NCBI GenBank assembly: GCA_963693365.1
Contig: CAVNZM010000010.1
Span: forward strand, 7,007,794 to 7,071,793
DNA from: Amoebidium appalachense
Taxonomy: Eukaryota > Protista > Ichthyosporea
Direction of reading: 5' to 3'
Length of the DNA stretch: 64,000 bases
Positions 16,625-27,360 of this stretch are shown here, piece after piece; positions within the stretch are counted from its first letter, which is position 1; the number at the start of each line of letters is the position of its first letter. The translations under genes were made by a program, and so were the position numbers. A model generated the notes under the pieces. That model made no database searches. It saw nothing but the letters and a program-made list of their open reading frames with translations, and was not told the origin of the DNA.

Positions 16625-16957
16625 GGGGGCAGGGGGAAAAATTTACCTGCTTGAGCTCGGCAACTTTTTCGTTGAACTGAATGCGCCACTCTGTGAGGTG
16701 GGCCCTTTTCTGCCCACCCCTACCCTCCCCCTCGTCCCCACCCGCAAGTTCCGCTGTATCGATACTCTCCCCACCGCTTGAATTTCTACGCCTTTTTCTG
16801 GATTTTACTGCTGACGAAGAGCCAATCAGTGAGCGAAATTTGCTCCGGGTTGCCGTAATTTCGATCGTTGGGGGGTCTAAACCGTGAGGTGCCCAATCGA
16901 ATGTAGCTCTATGTTGCCGAATCGCCGTAGGGTGGTTGCCTTTGCCATAGTTTGGGC
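12500..16957 (-). CDS. bHLH-PAS transcription factor-like gene (CLOCK/ARNT-type architecture), possibly damaged or misassembled
   Basis: Exons: 16647-16957 (...[21 protein letters not shown], helix 1), 15720-15823 (...[10 protein letters not shown]..., helix 2), micro-exon 15380-15393, 14947-15045 ([33 protein letters not shown]), 14103-14189 ([29 protein letters not shown]), 13499-13553 and 12797-12840 ([11 protein letters not shown]). Phases are consistent from helix 2 onward; the helix1-helix2 junction is unresolved. The PAS-A pattern is clear. Confidence 0.7.
13044..13204 (+). ncRNA. Structured RNA family copy 1 (hammerhead-core motifs), inside a ~400-bp repeat unit (12923-13320)
   Basis: Near-identical to the copies at 62018 and 62467. 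Terminal stem CATAAGCA/TGCTTATG, hairpin CTCGTCTT/AAGACGGG, long stem CCAAGT..TGTCTGAGTT/AACTCAGACA..ACTTGG, and CTGAGGA. Confidence 0.6.
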
Positions 16958-17152
16958 CTAGCGGTCGGATTTATGTTTTCACGGTGGAGTGTCTGGCGAC
17001 TACAGAGGGGGCTGGGGGCAGTGTGACACTGGCTGAACTGCGGCAGGTATGATAGGAACATTGACGTGGACGTGTGTACATGGTGTGTGTGTGTTTGTGT
17101 TTGTTTTCTTTTTTGCCTTTTTTGGGGGGGGGGAGGGAGGCGGGGGGGGGGG

Positions 17153-17223
<71 letters not shown>

Positions 17224-17322
17224 CGTGTGCTTCTCAGGTGATCTTGTTGTGTATGTGTGAGAATCTAAGTGGAGAGAAGGTGGGAAGAGGGTTTGAGGGT
17301 GGTGGTGGCGATTGGGAGGAGA

Positions 17323-17395
<73 letters not shown>

Positions 17396-17565
17396 AGGGG
17401 GGGCAGGTATAGACAGCCCCTATCGGGACCGTAAACGATGGCAGTCAGGACCATTTCTTTCTCTTTGTAGTCAATAGTAGCGGTGGTAGAAATGCATGCT
17501 TTATCTGCGGCACAAATTGACGGGGGGTTGCCATCCCAGGCTCCCCCCGCCCTCTTTTTTGCCAA

Positions 17566-18938
17566 CGATATTCAGGGCTTATGTCATCCAATCCTATCGA
17601 ACTACGGCAATACATTCGTGTGGTTGAACATTGGTGCCAGCGCAACGATATGAAGGTTAATGTCAAAAAGTGTGCCCTTTTATCAAAATCGATACCGGCA
17701 TGGGACGATGTTTGTATTTTCAGCAGTCCCCTCCCTCGCCTAATCGAATACAAGTATTTGGGGATTCCGGTGGACGAATGGGGCATATGTTTCAAACGGA
17801 TGATCGACCGTCGGGTGGAGAGTGCAGGCAGGTGTCTTCGGTTATTTAGGGATGTGTATCTTGCTACTCTTTCTCATACTGTCCACCTATACAATCGTCT
17901 TAGGGCGAATATACTTTGTCTGAATACGGGTTGCCCTTACTAGCTATGGCACCCCCTGATACTGTTACTAATGTCCTTAAATCATTAGATGATTTCCACT
18001 ACACAACTTGTTGTACGTTTCTCACTGGTCTTTCCACACCTATCCCTAGACACCTTTTTGATTCTCTCTACGCACTCACACCACCATCACAACGCGTACA
18101 CGAATTAGCCCTTAAATTTCACGAGCACATCACCCGCCTGTCCGCTTGTGCCCCGGACCACCCGCTCTTCCGGCTACACGCATCCCCGCCGGACTCGCCC
18201 CTCTACCTCTTCCAATCCCCATCGTCTCTGCTCATTGCCGAGCGTTATGTGGAATGGCTGGCGACCCCACCGGAGGTACGGCTAGATCATAGTGTGAATA
18301 TGAATAGTTTCAAGTCTATGGCTGATATATATCTTTTTACTCTACGTGTTGAGTCCCTTCCCGTGTTAGGGCCGCAAAAACACCAACTACTAGTAGCCTA
18401 TATGGCGGATACGGTTAGAGAGTCTCGTTCATACATAGATTCGTTTATTCGTAATGTGGCGTGGTGTAAAAACGCAAAGATGATTATGGATTGGCGGTGT
18501 AGTCGGTTTCTGGTGTCTCCTGCTCGTATGTGTAATATATGTGGGGGGGCGGTTTACTCGCGGCTGCATATCTATCAATAAGTGCAACCTGTTAGCTAAC
18601 GTATTAGAACCGGAGGTTATTGGCGGTTTTATTCTCTTTTCTTCCTCTCTTCCTCAATATATCCGTTTTAAGATGACTATCCTAGATCACCTTATTAATG
18701 CTGCACAGTATGATATTGTGATCCGGTGCCTTAACTTTCTTTCGGAGCTACCGATGCTAGCCTCTGCTTACCCATAATATGTAATAGGGGTGTCATATAC
18801 TACGATGGCGCTCATTGTTGCCTAGCATGTACATATGTCACTGGCTGCATTTGATTGGCTGCGCTGGAAAACGCAGTAGGCCGTCGAATGTGGCTGGGCC
18901 TCCGGCAGTGTCCACGCGATAAAAAGTGTGTAAACCCC
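17566..18938 (+). mobile_element. 5'-truncated non-LTR retrotransposon (RT thumb, Cys-rich C terminus, 3' UTR), frameshifted
   Basis: WCQRNDMKVNVKKC...YKYLGIP is the RT C-terminal pattern; also EYGLPLL, CNICGG and LDHLIN. Homologous to 44597-45300. Confidence 0.85.
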
Positions 18939-19328
18939 TTTATCACCAACATGACTGTGTTTTTTACGAATGAACCATGACATGAGTGCCCCCCAGAGCT
19001 TTGGCAAGATGATGTGTGCAAACGGGGACCCGCCGCCTACCAGCGACAACATTGGCAGGTGGTCTCTGTTCTGGATGGCTTTTGACGGCATATTCCATGA
19101 CGCAGGTGTTTTGTGCATTAAGAACAAGACACAGTTTGCCCCTCACAACCACCTACATGTGTGTGCACATGTGCATGCAACACACGCACACGCACACGCA
19201 TGCACATGCCCTCCTCCCCCTCCTCCCCCCCCCCCCCCCCCCCTCCCCCTTCCCCCCCACCGCTTCTTTCCAACACACGCACAAGGACACACTACTATAC
19301 GACCACCTGATTTGCCCTGTCTCCTCGC

Positions 19329-19365
<37 letters not shown>

Positions 19366-19865
19366 CCTTTCAATCCATTTTGCTACTCTACATAGGCATT
19401 TTTCTATACATCTGTATGCGTGTTCCTGCATAGATGGATGCTTTGACGGGCTGCAGTTTGGACTAACGGTTACATATTCTGCTTTGCTAACCACAGTGCC
19501 TCTAATTGCAATAGATGAGAGACAACCAGTCTTTAAGGGTTGTTGGGACAATGCATGTGCGGGGTTGTTATGTGCGTGGGTGCGTGCGTGCGTGCGTGCG
19601 TGGGTGCGTGCGTGCGTTGCGTTGCGGTGCGGTGCGTGCATGCGTGCGTGCTTGAAGGAACTCTGTGTGAGTTTGTACACATTCACCAACATGCGCCTGC
19701 TCCCCTCCCCCAGGCCATCGCGTCCATCAGCTCGGCAGGCTGGACAAGGAGGAGCGGGTCCTCAGAGATGCAGTTGTATGTGCATTTCTCCCCTCCTCCC
19801 CCCCAACACACACAGACATGCATGCATGCACACACACACACGCACGCACGCACGCACGCACGCAT

Positions 19866-19912
<47 letters not shown>

Positions 19913-20149
19913 CATATGCATGCATGCATGCACACACACACCACTCCTCATTGTTCACCCCACCCCATCCATCGGCTTTGTGTTGCCCGTCGTGAATGTG
20001 TACTTCAGACTCTACAACACATTCTTATTTTTTATAACGTTCTCACCTCCTACATATGCGCACTTTCTGCGCTATCGTTGTGGCATGTATGCTGTACGCC
20101 CGTCCCTCCCCGGCAACCCCCCCCCCCCCTCCCTTCCCCCCCCTCTTCC

Positions 20150-20240
20150 CCCTCGTTAACGAGGTGAATAGGTCGAAACTCGGGTACTGTGGATGACGTG
20201 GGCCCCCCCTGAGGATGAGCTCTGCTTATTATGCATACTC
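20150..20240 (+). ncRNA. Partial diverged copy (3' half) of the structured RNA family
   Basis: GGTCGAAACTCGGG...GATGACGTGGGCCCCCCCTGAGGATGAGCTCTGCTTATTATGCATAC aligns to the 3' half of the family. Confidence 0.55.
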
Positions 20241-20244
20241 TTTA

Positions 20245-21247
20245 TGTTGTAGTACGTAGTATCTACTAGTAGTACATTAGGCCCTAAGATCTTTTCAGTT
20301 TGTGTTGTGTCTGTAAAATTGTACAAGTATTTGGGACGGAAGCAGAGACACAGTGGTGCAGTGTGAAAACACCACAGACACACAACGACAAAACACGGAA
20401 CGATCGGAGCAGTGTACACAACAGACATCAATGTTTAGACACGACTAAACTCAATTTATTTCGATCTCGCATATATACTTGAAATTCCCTTAAGTCAAAT
20501 CCATAAATGATTTTCGACAGTCGGAAATCAGAACTATGTCTAAAACAACCAATCACAATTAACTGATTATTTCCCGGATAGATCCGGAGACACAGGAACG
20601 CAAACCATAGGTCACAGCTATAAGAAAGTATTGAGGTGAAAAGTAACGAGGAAAGAGGTGATGTTTCTAACCTATCACCGGCTACAAAGACTCAGACATT
20701 TTCTGACTAAGTCTACTGATTGGATACAGTACGGCAACACACAAAACTAAAGTGGTTGACTAAGCAATGAATCATACATGACAAGCTAAAGTCACCCTAA
20801 GTGTTTTTCTACCAATCAAAACATAACGAGTAGTATAAATCTACTCAACGTATATTAGTGGAAAAGAAACATAATTATGTGAAACAAAACAAGGGAGAAA
20901 AGAAAGAGAAAAGAAAGAAGAAGTAGGAAGAAAGAGAAAAGAAGGCAGGACAGAAAACACGAACACAAAAACACAGTTGTAACCGTTAAGATACTCATGT
21001 ACACATAAACATGTGCACGTTTCTCCCTGAGTGGGTGGAAACGTGTACACACATATCATCATACTAACCAGTGATAAAATACACGATTAGAACCTGATCT
21101 ATTACGATTACATGTGTACAGATACATTGGAGATCGATGCCATCATTTTTCATGATGGGAGTGTGACATATGTACTAAGCACACGAACTGAAACATAACA
21201 TAAACTGAGAAGATCTTACCTAATAGTAGGTACTACGTACTACAACA
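20245..21247 (-). mobile_element. 3' LTR (1003 bp) of a Ty1/copia element
   Basis: TG...CA termini (TGTTGTAGTACG/CGTACTACAACA). Abuts a minus-strand polypurine tract AAGTGGGGA (21248-21256) and lies downstream of a copia RNase H. Confidence 0.8.
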
Positions 21248-21686
21248 TCCCCACTTAAGACTTTGAAGTTTGTGTTATCATATCCCCACTGAACTAGTGA
21301 AATCTCCCTACTTGAGAACAGAAACGAAAAATTGAAATTAAAGTGTGTACTTTTCCCGGGGGAGGCCAGGGGGGGGGGGGGGGGGAAGGGGGGGGTGAAA
21401 GGGGGGGGGGGGGGGGAGGGGGGGCAAAAACAACGAAGATGTATAACGATGGTGGTCGGGATGTTACTAACTGGGTTTTAAACCAGTAAAAGATAGAGCA
21501 GAATCGCGGTACAGGTCAAACCATCATATAAAAACCCTAAGTGGGCATACCCACAAAGGCAATATACATATGAAATAATGATGGTGGTAAACTAAGTAGT
21601 AATCATTCCAGCCGGGAGGCAGTGTAGATGCATCTGCTGTCCAGGGCCCCAGCCGTAGTAGAAGACCACACGTGAAGGAAGACGGT

Positions 21687-22062
21687 TCATTCGACAATGT
21701 CCGGCACACAAAGTCGGGCACGATGGGTGACGTGACTCGGGCCAGGGAGGGGCTTGGTGAGGATGTCGGCCAAGTTGTGAGCTGACTCAACGTAGTGGAC
21801 AACAACATCCCCACTGGCAATGTAGTCTTTGGTGTTATGGTACCGGACGGCAATGTGTTTGGTATGGTGCTTGATGCCGGTGGAGTTGACGATGGCAATG
21901 GTCGACTGGTTGTCACAATACACCGGAGTCGGAGCAAGCATGGGCAGCCGAGTTCCTTGAAGAGGTCACGGACCCAAGCAACTTCCTGGGTGCCGGCATT
22001 GAGGGCAATCAGCTCAGCTTCGGTGGTGCTGGTGGCCGTGATGGGCTGGAGCTTGGAGTACC
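21687..22062 (-). pseudogene. Ty1/copia RNase H C-terminal remnant, one frameshift near 21941
   Basis: SKLQPITATSTTEAELIAL...VYCDNQSTI...TKHIAVRYH...NLADILTKPL are canonical copia RNase H motifs. Confidence 0.92.
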
Positions 22063-22179
22063 TGTTGGAATGTGACGTCACCCACGTATGACAGCAAGAC
22101 TCCTTGAAGTATGTATGTGTCTTAGCTTTGTTTGTATTCGTGTCTGCTTTCCTTCTTTGTGCTCTTTCCCTTTTCTCTC

Positions 22180-22217
<38 letters not shown>

Positions 22218-22557
22218 CTCTCTCTCTCCCCATTTCTGTGAGCACAGATATCTGTAGATCTGTGCACACCTGGCTCTCCAAGGCTTGCCTGATAAGAACT
22301 TATTGTATTTTATTTCTGTTTGCTCTCTGTTTATCTGAGAGGTAGCGTGATTGGCTACATTCGTTGTCTTTCTTTTATTTCAAAGTGGCTAAGCTTTGTT
22401 CTCAATAGGATGGCTCGCCAATAGTCGCGAGCGAGTACATCTGTTTGCTTCGCTCTGTCCACTGGCAGTAGATCACTTCCAAATATCTATCACGTGACGA
22501 CCTTCTCGATTATTCTTTCAATGACATTTTCTATCACTACCAGGCAGTTCTCCAATA
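22063..22557 (+). mobile_element. LTR-like repeat (family 2) inserted at and truncating the copia pol
   Basis: Begins TGTTGGAAT where copia homology stops; about 380 bp shared with 52364-52780; possible degenerate end TCCAATA. Confidence 0.6.
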
Positions 22558-22739
22558 TTAGAACAGAAAACGGTTTATATACCCGGATGGCCAGATGGCC
22601 AGATCAAATTCAGTGTGTGAAAAGGGGTGGATAAAACGGGATAAAACTGGGAGTCAAAACGATCTGGCCATCGATCTGGCCATGTGGCCTTATAATAGCA
22701 AATCACTAGCATGTAAGACACTCACTGCCACCATATGCA

Positions 22740-23265
22740 TTGGGGCGCCTGGTTCCGGCAGGGCGGGAGGCAGAGGAGGCACTGAGGCTGGGACATGTGA
22801 GGCACACGCGCTGGGGAGTCGGGCGAGGCTGGCGAGACACCCACAGCGATAAATATTATGTATGCATAGTGTGACGGTGTTGGCTGTCAGTAGGTAGCGT
22901 CATGCGGCTGTTTGCGTAATAAGGGCGGAAGCCATTACACTGGGGGCGTGGTTCCGGCAGGGCGGGAGGCTGGGGGGACTGCCACCACTGGGGGCGTGGT
23001 TCCGGCAGGGCGGGAGGCTGGGGGGCAGAGGAGGCAGAGGAGGCACCGAGGCTGGGGCATGTGAGGCACACGCGCTGGGGAGTCGGGCGAGGCTGGCGAC
23101 TCGGAGACACCCACAGCGATAAATATTATGTATGCATAGTGTGTGCCAGTGTTGGCTGTGTAGGTAGCATCATGCGGCTGTTTGCGTAATAAGGGCGGAA
23201 GCCACTACACTGGGGGCGTGGTTCCGGCAGGACGGGAGGCTGGGGGGCATGTGAGGCACACGCGC
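22740..23265. repeat. GC-rich tandem repeat, period about 270 bp, with internal sub-repeats
   Basis: GAGACACCCACAGCGATAAATATTATGTATGCATAG occurs near 22833 and 23104; GGTTCCGGCAGG(G/A)CGGGAGGC occurs four times. Confidence 0.85.
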
Positions 23266-23304
23266 ATGTGTGTGGTGTGGTGCATGTGACTGAGAGACAC
23301 TGCG

Positions 23305-23346
<42 letters not shown>

Positions 23347-24235
23347 GGGGGGGGAGGCACACGTGGCACACCCAGCACGCACGGCACGGCGAGACTGGCA
23401 TTCTTGCTATCACACGGGGTGGGGGTGGGGGTGTGTGCACGTGACTGAGAGACACTGGGCCCGGGAGTGGTTCCGGGGGGCGGTCTTGCTATCACATGGG
23501 GGTGGGGGGGGTAGGTGTCATCTTCACTTAATTCTCAGCAAGACTTAGAAGTTGAGTTTGGTATTTATTTATTAGTTGTTGTAGTTTGTTTCCTTTTCCT
23601 TTCTTCATTTCTTTCTTTCTTTTCCGTTTCCGTGTACACGACATCTTAGATCTGTGTACGTATCGACATACTTAGCTCGCGCACACGTATTGTCGTTTGC
23701 GTCAAAATCTATATATGTCATCCAATCATATCTCGTTTGTATTTTCCCAAATATAGTAACTTACATTCCTTTCTCATTCCTTTCCCACGACGTAGCATTG
23801 TGCTATGTTCTTCAACTATTAGGAAAAATTATATTTAGACGTGTTATGATAAGAACATGTATAAATATATGTTATGAATTAATAGTTACATAAGTGGTTT
23901 CATTTTATTAAATGTTTCCGTGCTTTTATTAGAAGTTTCTTTCATTAGAGGATTGAGTTTTATATTCTAAATGTCGACAGACATTTTATTCGATATATTT
24001 TACACTCATAGTTTTCATTCTTTTGATTGGTTTATCGTTTCACATTCCCAAGTATAAAAGGGACCTCATCTTGAAATAAATCACAAGCAGTCGTATTCAC
24101 TTCCTATGGTTCCAGAAATCGTTCCTCCTCTCCGGTTGTGTTTTTCCCGTGTGTCTTTGTGTTGTGTTTTACATAACACCCATCTGTGCTCTCTGCTTCT
24201 CCGTTTACCCACACAAAATATCAGTAGGGGGGGGG

Positions 24236-26230
24236 GTGTGTTTTTGTGTGCTTTTGTGTGCTTTTGTGTTGTGCTAGTGTTCGGTGTGTGCGGTGCTTTT
24301 GTGCCGTGCTAACTAGTAGTGTTCGGTGTGTGGGGTGCTTTTGTGCCGTGCTAGTGTTCGGTGTGGGGGGTTTTTGTGCCGTTGACATATACTAATCCGT
24401 CTCAGCAGATCAGCCTAAGTCTACGATCGAGATCGGGGGGAGGCCTGGGGGGGGGGGGGGGGGGGGGGGGTGGCCCGGGTCCACATATCATCAAGATCAA
24501 GTCCGGGGCCTCAAGATAGCTGTACAGCTGCGTGCATCTTGCCTCTGTCGGCGCAGGGCAGGACCACGTCAGCTGGAGCAGCCGACCAATAGAATTCTAA
24601 TTAGTGTGTAGGATAGATCGTAGGAGGACTTTGGAATGTGATAAGTTCGGGCAGAAGCCCTTTGTAAATATTGGCAAGTTTTGATAGTGTATGCTGCCAA
24701 ACGTATTTATATATTTCGATGTAGAAGAAAGGGGGGAGGGAGGGGGGGGAGGGGATAGTATGAAATGTAGAATTAGATTCTGCAGTGCCACTAGGGGAAG
24801 GGAGAGGGGTGAGACATGGATAAATATATTAGTGTGAGCCGATCGACTTAGCTCGTGCAGGCGCACGATAAAGTAGATCGGAATGTATGGAATGTGGCAT
24901 CGTAGGGGGGCCAGGTGATGATGATCTTGTAGGGCACGGCCTTGATGGCCTCAGTTGTGACTTAGCCTCATTCCGTTCGGATCTAACTTAGGTTTGCCCG
25001 TCGGAGCCTGGTCTGAATAAACTTTACCGTTTTTCCGTACACGTTCGTTCCTTTCCGTGTGTGTACACTTAGTAGAGTGCCGCGTCTCTAATACATACAC
25101 GTTGGGATACGACAGCCGTGCTAGTGTTCGGTGTGTGGGGTGCTTTTGTGCCGTGCTAGTGTTCGGTGTGTGGGGTGCTTTTGTGCCGTGCTAGGTGTTC
25201 GGTGTGTGGGGTGCTTTTGTGCCGTGCTAGTGTTCGGTGTGTGGGGTGTTTTTGTGCCGTACTAGTGTTCGGTGTGTGGGGTGCTTTTGTGCCGTGCTAG
25301 TGTTCGGTGTGTCACAGTGGGGTGCTTTTGTGCCGTGCTAGTGTTCGGTGTGTGGGGTCACGGTGTTTTTGTGCCGTGCTAGTGTTGTGTTTTTGTGTGC
25401 TTTTGTGTCGTGCTAGGTGTTGTGTTTTTGTGTGCTTTTGTGTTGTGCTAGTGTTCGGTGTGTGGGGTGTTTTTGTGCCGTGCTAGTGTTGTGTTTTTGT
25501 GTCCTTTTGTGTCGTGCTAGTGTTCGGTGTCACGGTGTGGGGTGTTTTTGTGCCGTCCTAGTGTTGTGTTTTTGTGTCCTTTTGTGTCGTGCTAGTGTTC
25601 GGTGTGTGCCAGTGGGGTGTTTTTGTGCCGTGCTAGTGTTGTGTTTTTGTGTCCTTTTGTGTCGTGCTAGTGTTCGGTGTGTGGGGTGCTTTTGTGCCGT
25701 CACGGTGCTAGTGTTCGGTGTGTGGGGTGTTTTTGTGCCGTCACGGTGCTAGTGTTCGGTGTGTGGGGTGTTTTTGTGCCGTGCTAGGTGTTGTGTATTT
25801 GTGTATTTTTGTGCCGTGCTAGTGTTGTGTTCGGTGTGGGGTGTTTTGTGCCGAGCTAGGTGTTGTGTTTTTGTATTTTGTGCCGTGCTAGTGTTGTGTT
25901 CGGTGTGGGGTGTTTTTGTGCCGTGCTAGGTGTTGTGTTTTTGTGAATTTTTGTGCCGTGCTAGTGTTGTGTTCGGTGTGGGGTGTTTTTGTGCCGTGCT
26001 AGTGTTCGGTGTGTGGGGTGTTTTTGTGTGCTTTTGTGCCGTGCTAGGTGTTGTGTTTTTGTGTGCTTTTGTGTTGTGTTTTTGTGTCGTGCTAGTAGGT
26101 GTTGTGTGTTCGGAGCCATAGGCCCCCCCCCCCCCCCCCCCCCCAGGCCAGGCCGGCGGGTGCTCGTGTTGCTTTTGTGCCGTGCTAGGTGTTGTGCTTT
26201 TGTGGGGTGTTTTGTGTGCTTTTGTGTCGA
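24236..26230. repeat. GT-rich minisatellite, unit about 33-35 bp (GTGCCGTGCTAGTGTTCGGTGTGTGGGGTGCTTTT) with variant subunits
   Basis: Many visible units at 24236-24382 and 25115-26230, split by a solo LTR. Confidence 0.92.
24383..25114 (+). mobile_element. Solo LTR (732 bp) inserted in the minisatellite
   Basis: TG...CA ends (TGACAT...ACGACA), perfect 5-bp target duplication GCCGT (24378-24382, 25115-25119), AATAAA near 25016. Confidence 0.85.
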
Positions 26231-26505
26231 GAAAGATGGAATGGCACATAGTATACATTCAATCCAGATCGAAGCCTTATGCTTTATATAAACACACAAA
26301 AAATGTTGCCGTTTCGATCATCGCAAGCACAACAAATTTATAACAGTGCATAAAATATCAGCAGTTATACTCGAAAACATTTATTGCCGTCCCGTTCATC
26401 ACAATCATAACAAAAATATCTAAATCAGAACAGTCATTGAAATAGAATGAATTACTACTACTTCCAAAATCACCAGACATATACACTATTTCTGATTTGG
26501 ACCTC

Positions 26506-27360
26506 CTAAACACCCCCCACACACAACACACTACTTGCTGGGCGCGTGTCTCTTGGGGTCATGCTCAACATCATCACCGCCTCTCTTACCCTTCGGGGTG
26601 CCCGAGGTGCGAGGGGTAGCCAAAACCATGGGGGGGGCTCCCGGAACGACACGGATGGGCGGGGGGACGGGGGGCCGGGGGTCGAAGGTGGCCGGGGGGA
26701 CGGGGGGCCGGGGGTCGAAGGTGGACGGGGGGGAGGGGGACTTGCGGCCTTTGCGGGTCTCGTCCGGCGTGGCCCCCCCTCCCCCCCCCGGGGCGGGGCG
26801 TTAGCAGGCCGGTAAATAGCACTCATTGGGTTGTCGTCGACACGGGCAGACAGCCTGTCACGCTGAATCTTGTACTATTCAGCCGTGGCCCTCGCACTCG
26901 CCAACTCGACCTCCCTTGCCTCAAGAGCCGCCCGAGTCTCCTTCAGCTCCCGCACAAGCCCCCCAACATTACCGTACCCATGGGCCATACGTTGGTGCAT
27001 ATCTTCTACGTCCTTCGCACACGATGTTGCAGACTGTTGTAGAGCCTCGTTCTGGCGTGTCAGAGTTTCAAAGTTCGTTCTGGGAAAGAACTTTCTCCGA
27101 AACATTCTTCACGTTGCCGGACACCGACTCGAGCTGCTCCTCAACCACACCGGCCCGACTGCAAAGCCCGTCCCACATCTTGGCCCGGGTGACACCGACC
27201 CGACTGCAAAGCTCATCCCACATCTCGGGGGTAACACGGAAAGTCCTTCCCCCCCTTACCCCCCTCCCCCTCCACCCCCCTTCAATTGGCACGCCGGCAG
27301 GCAGGCGTCAGCCTGCGCGCAGCTGCCGGCCGTGCCGTTCTACAAGCTTAAGGGTCTATG
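26506..27360 (-). pseudogene. Degenerate coiled-coil plus Pro-rich ORF, possibly a transposon ORF1/gag-like remnant
   Basis: Adjacent frameshifted ORFs (VTPEMWDELCSRVGVTRAKMWDGLCSR..., LVRELKETRAALEAREVELASARATAE*) with an internal repeat and stops. Confidence 0.3.

Noticed and set aside
18871-18938. HDV-like ribozyme in the LINE tail (reverse strand CCCAGCC...)
   Set aside because: Could not build P1.1, L3 or J4/2, and it lies at the 3' rather than the 5' end of the element.
22740-23265. 7SL/Alu-like or tRNA-derived SINE (CGGGAGGCTG)
   Set aside because: Only a short word match; no convincing A/B boxes or cloverleaf.
25115-26230. CRISPR-like periodicity of about 35 bp
   Set aside because: No unique spacers and no cas genes; it is a eukaryotic minisatellite.
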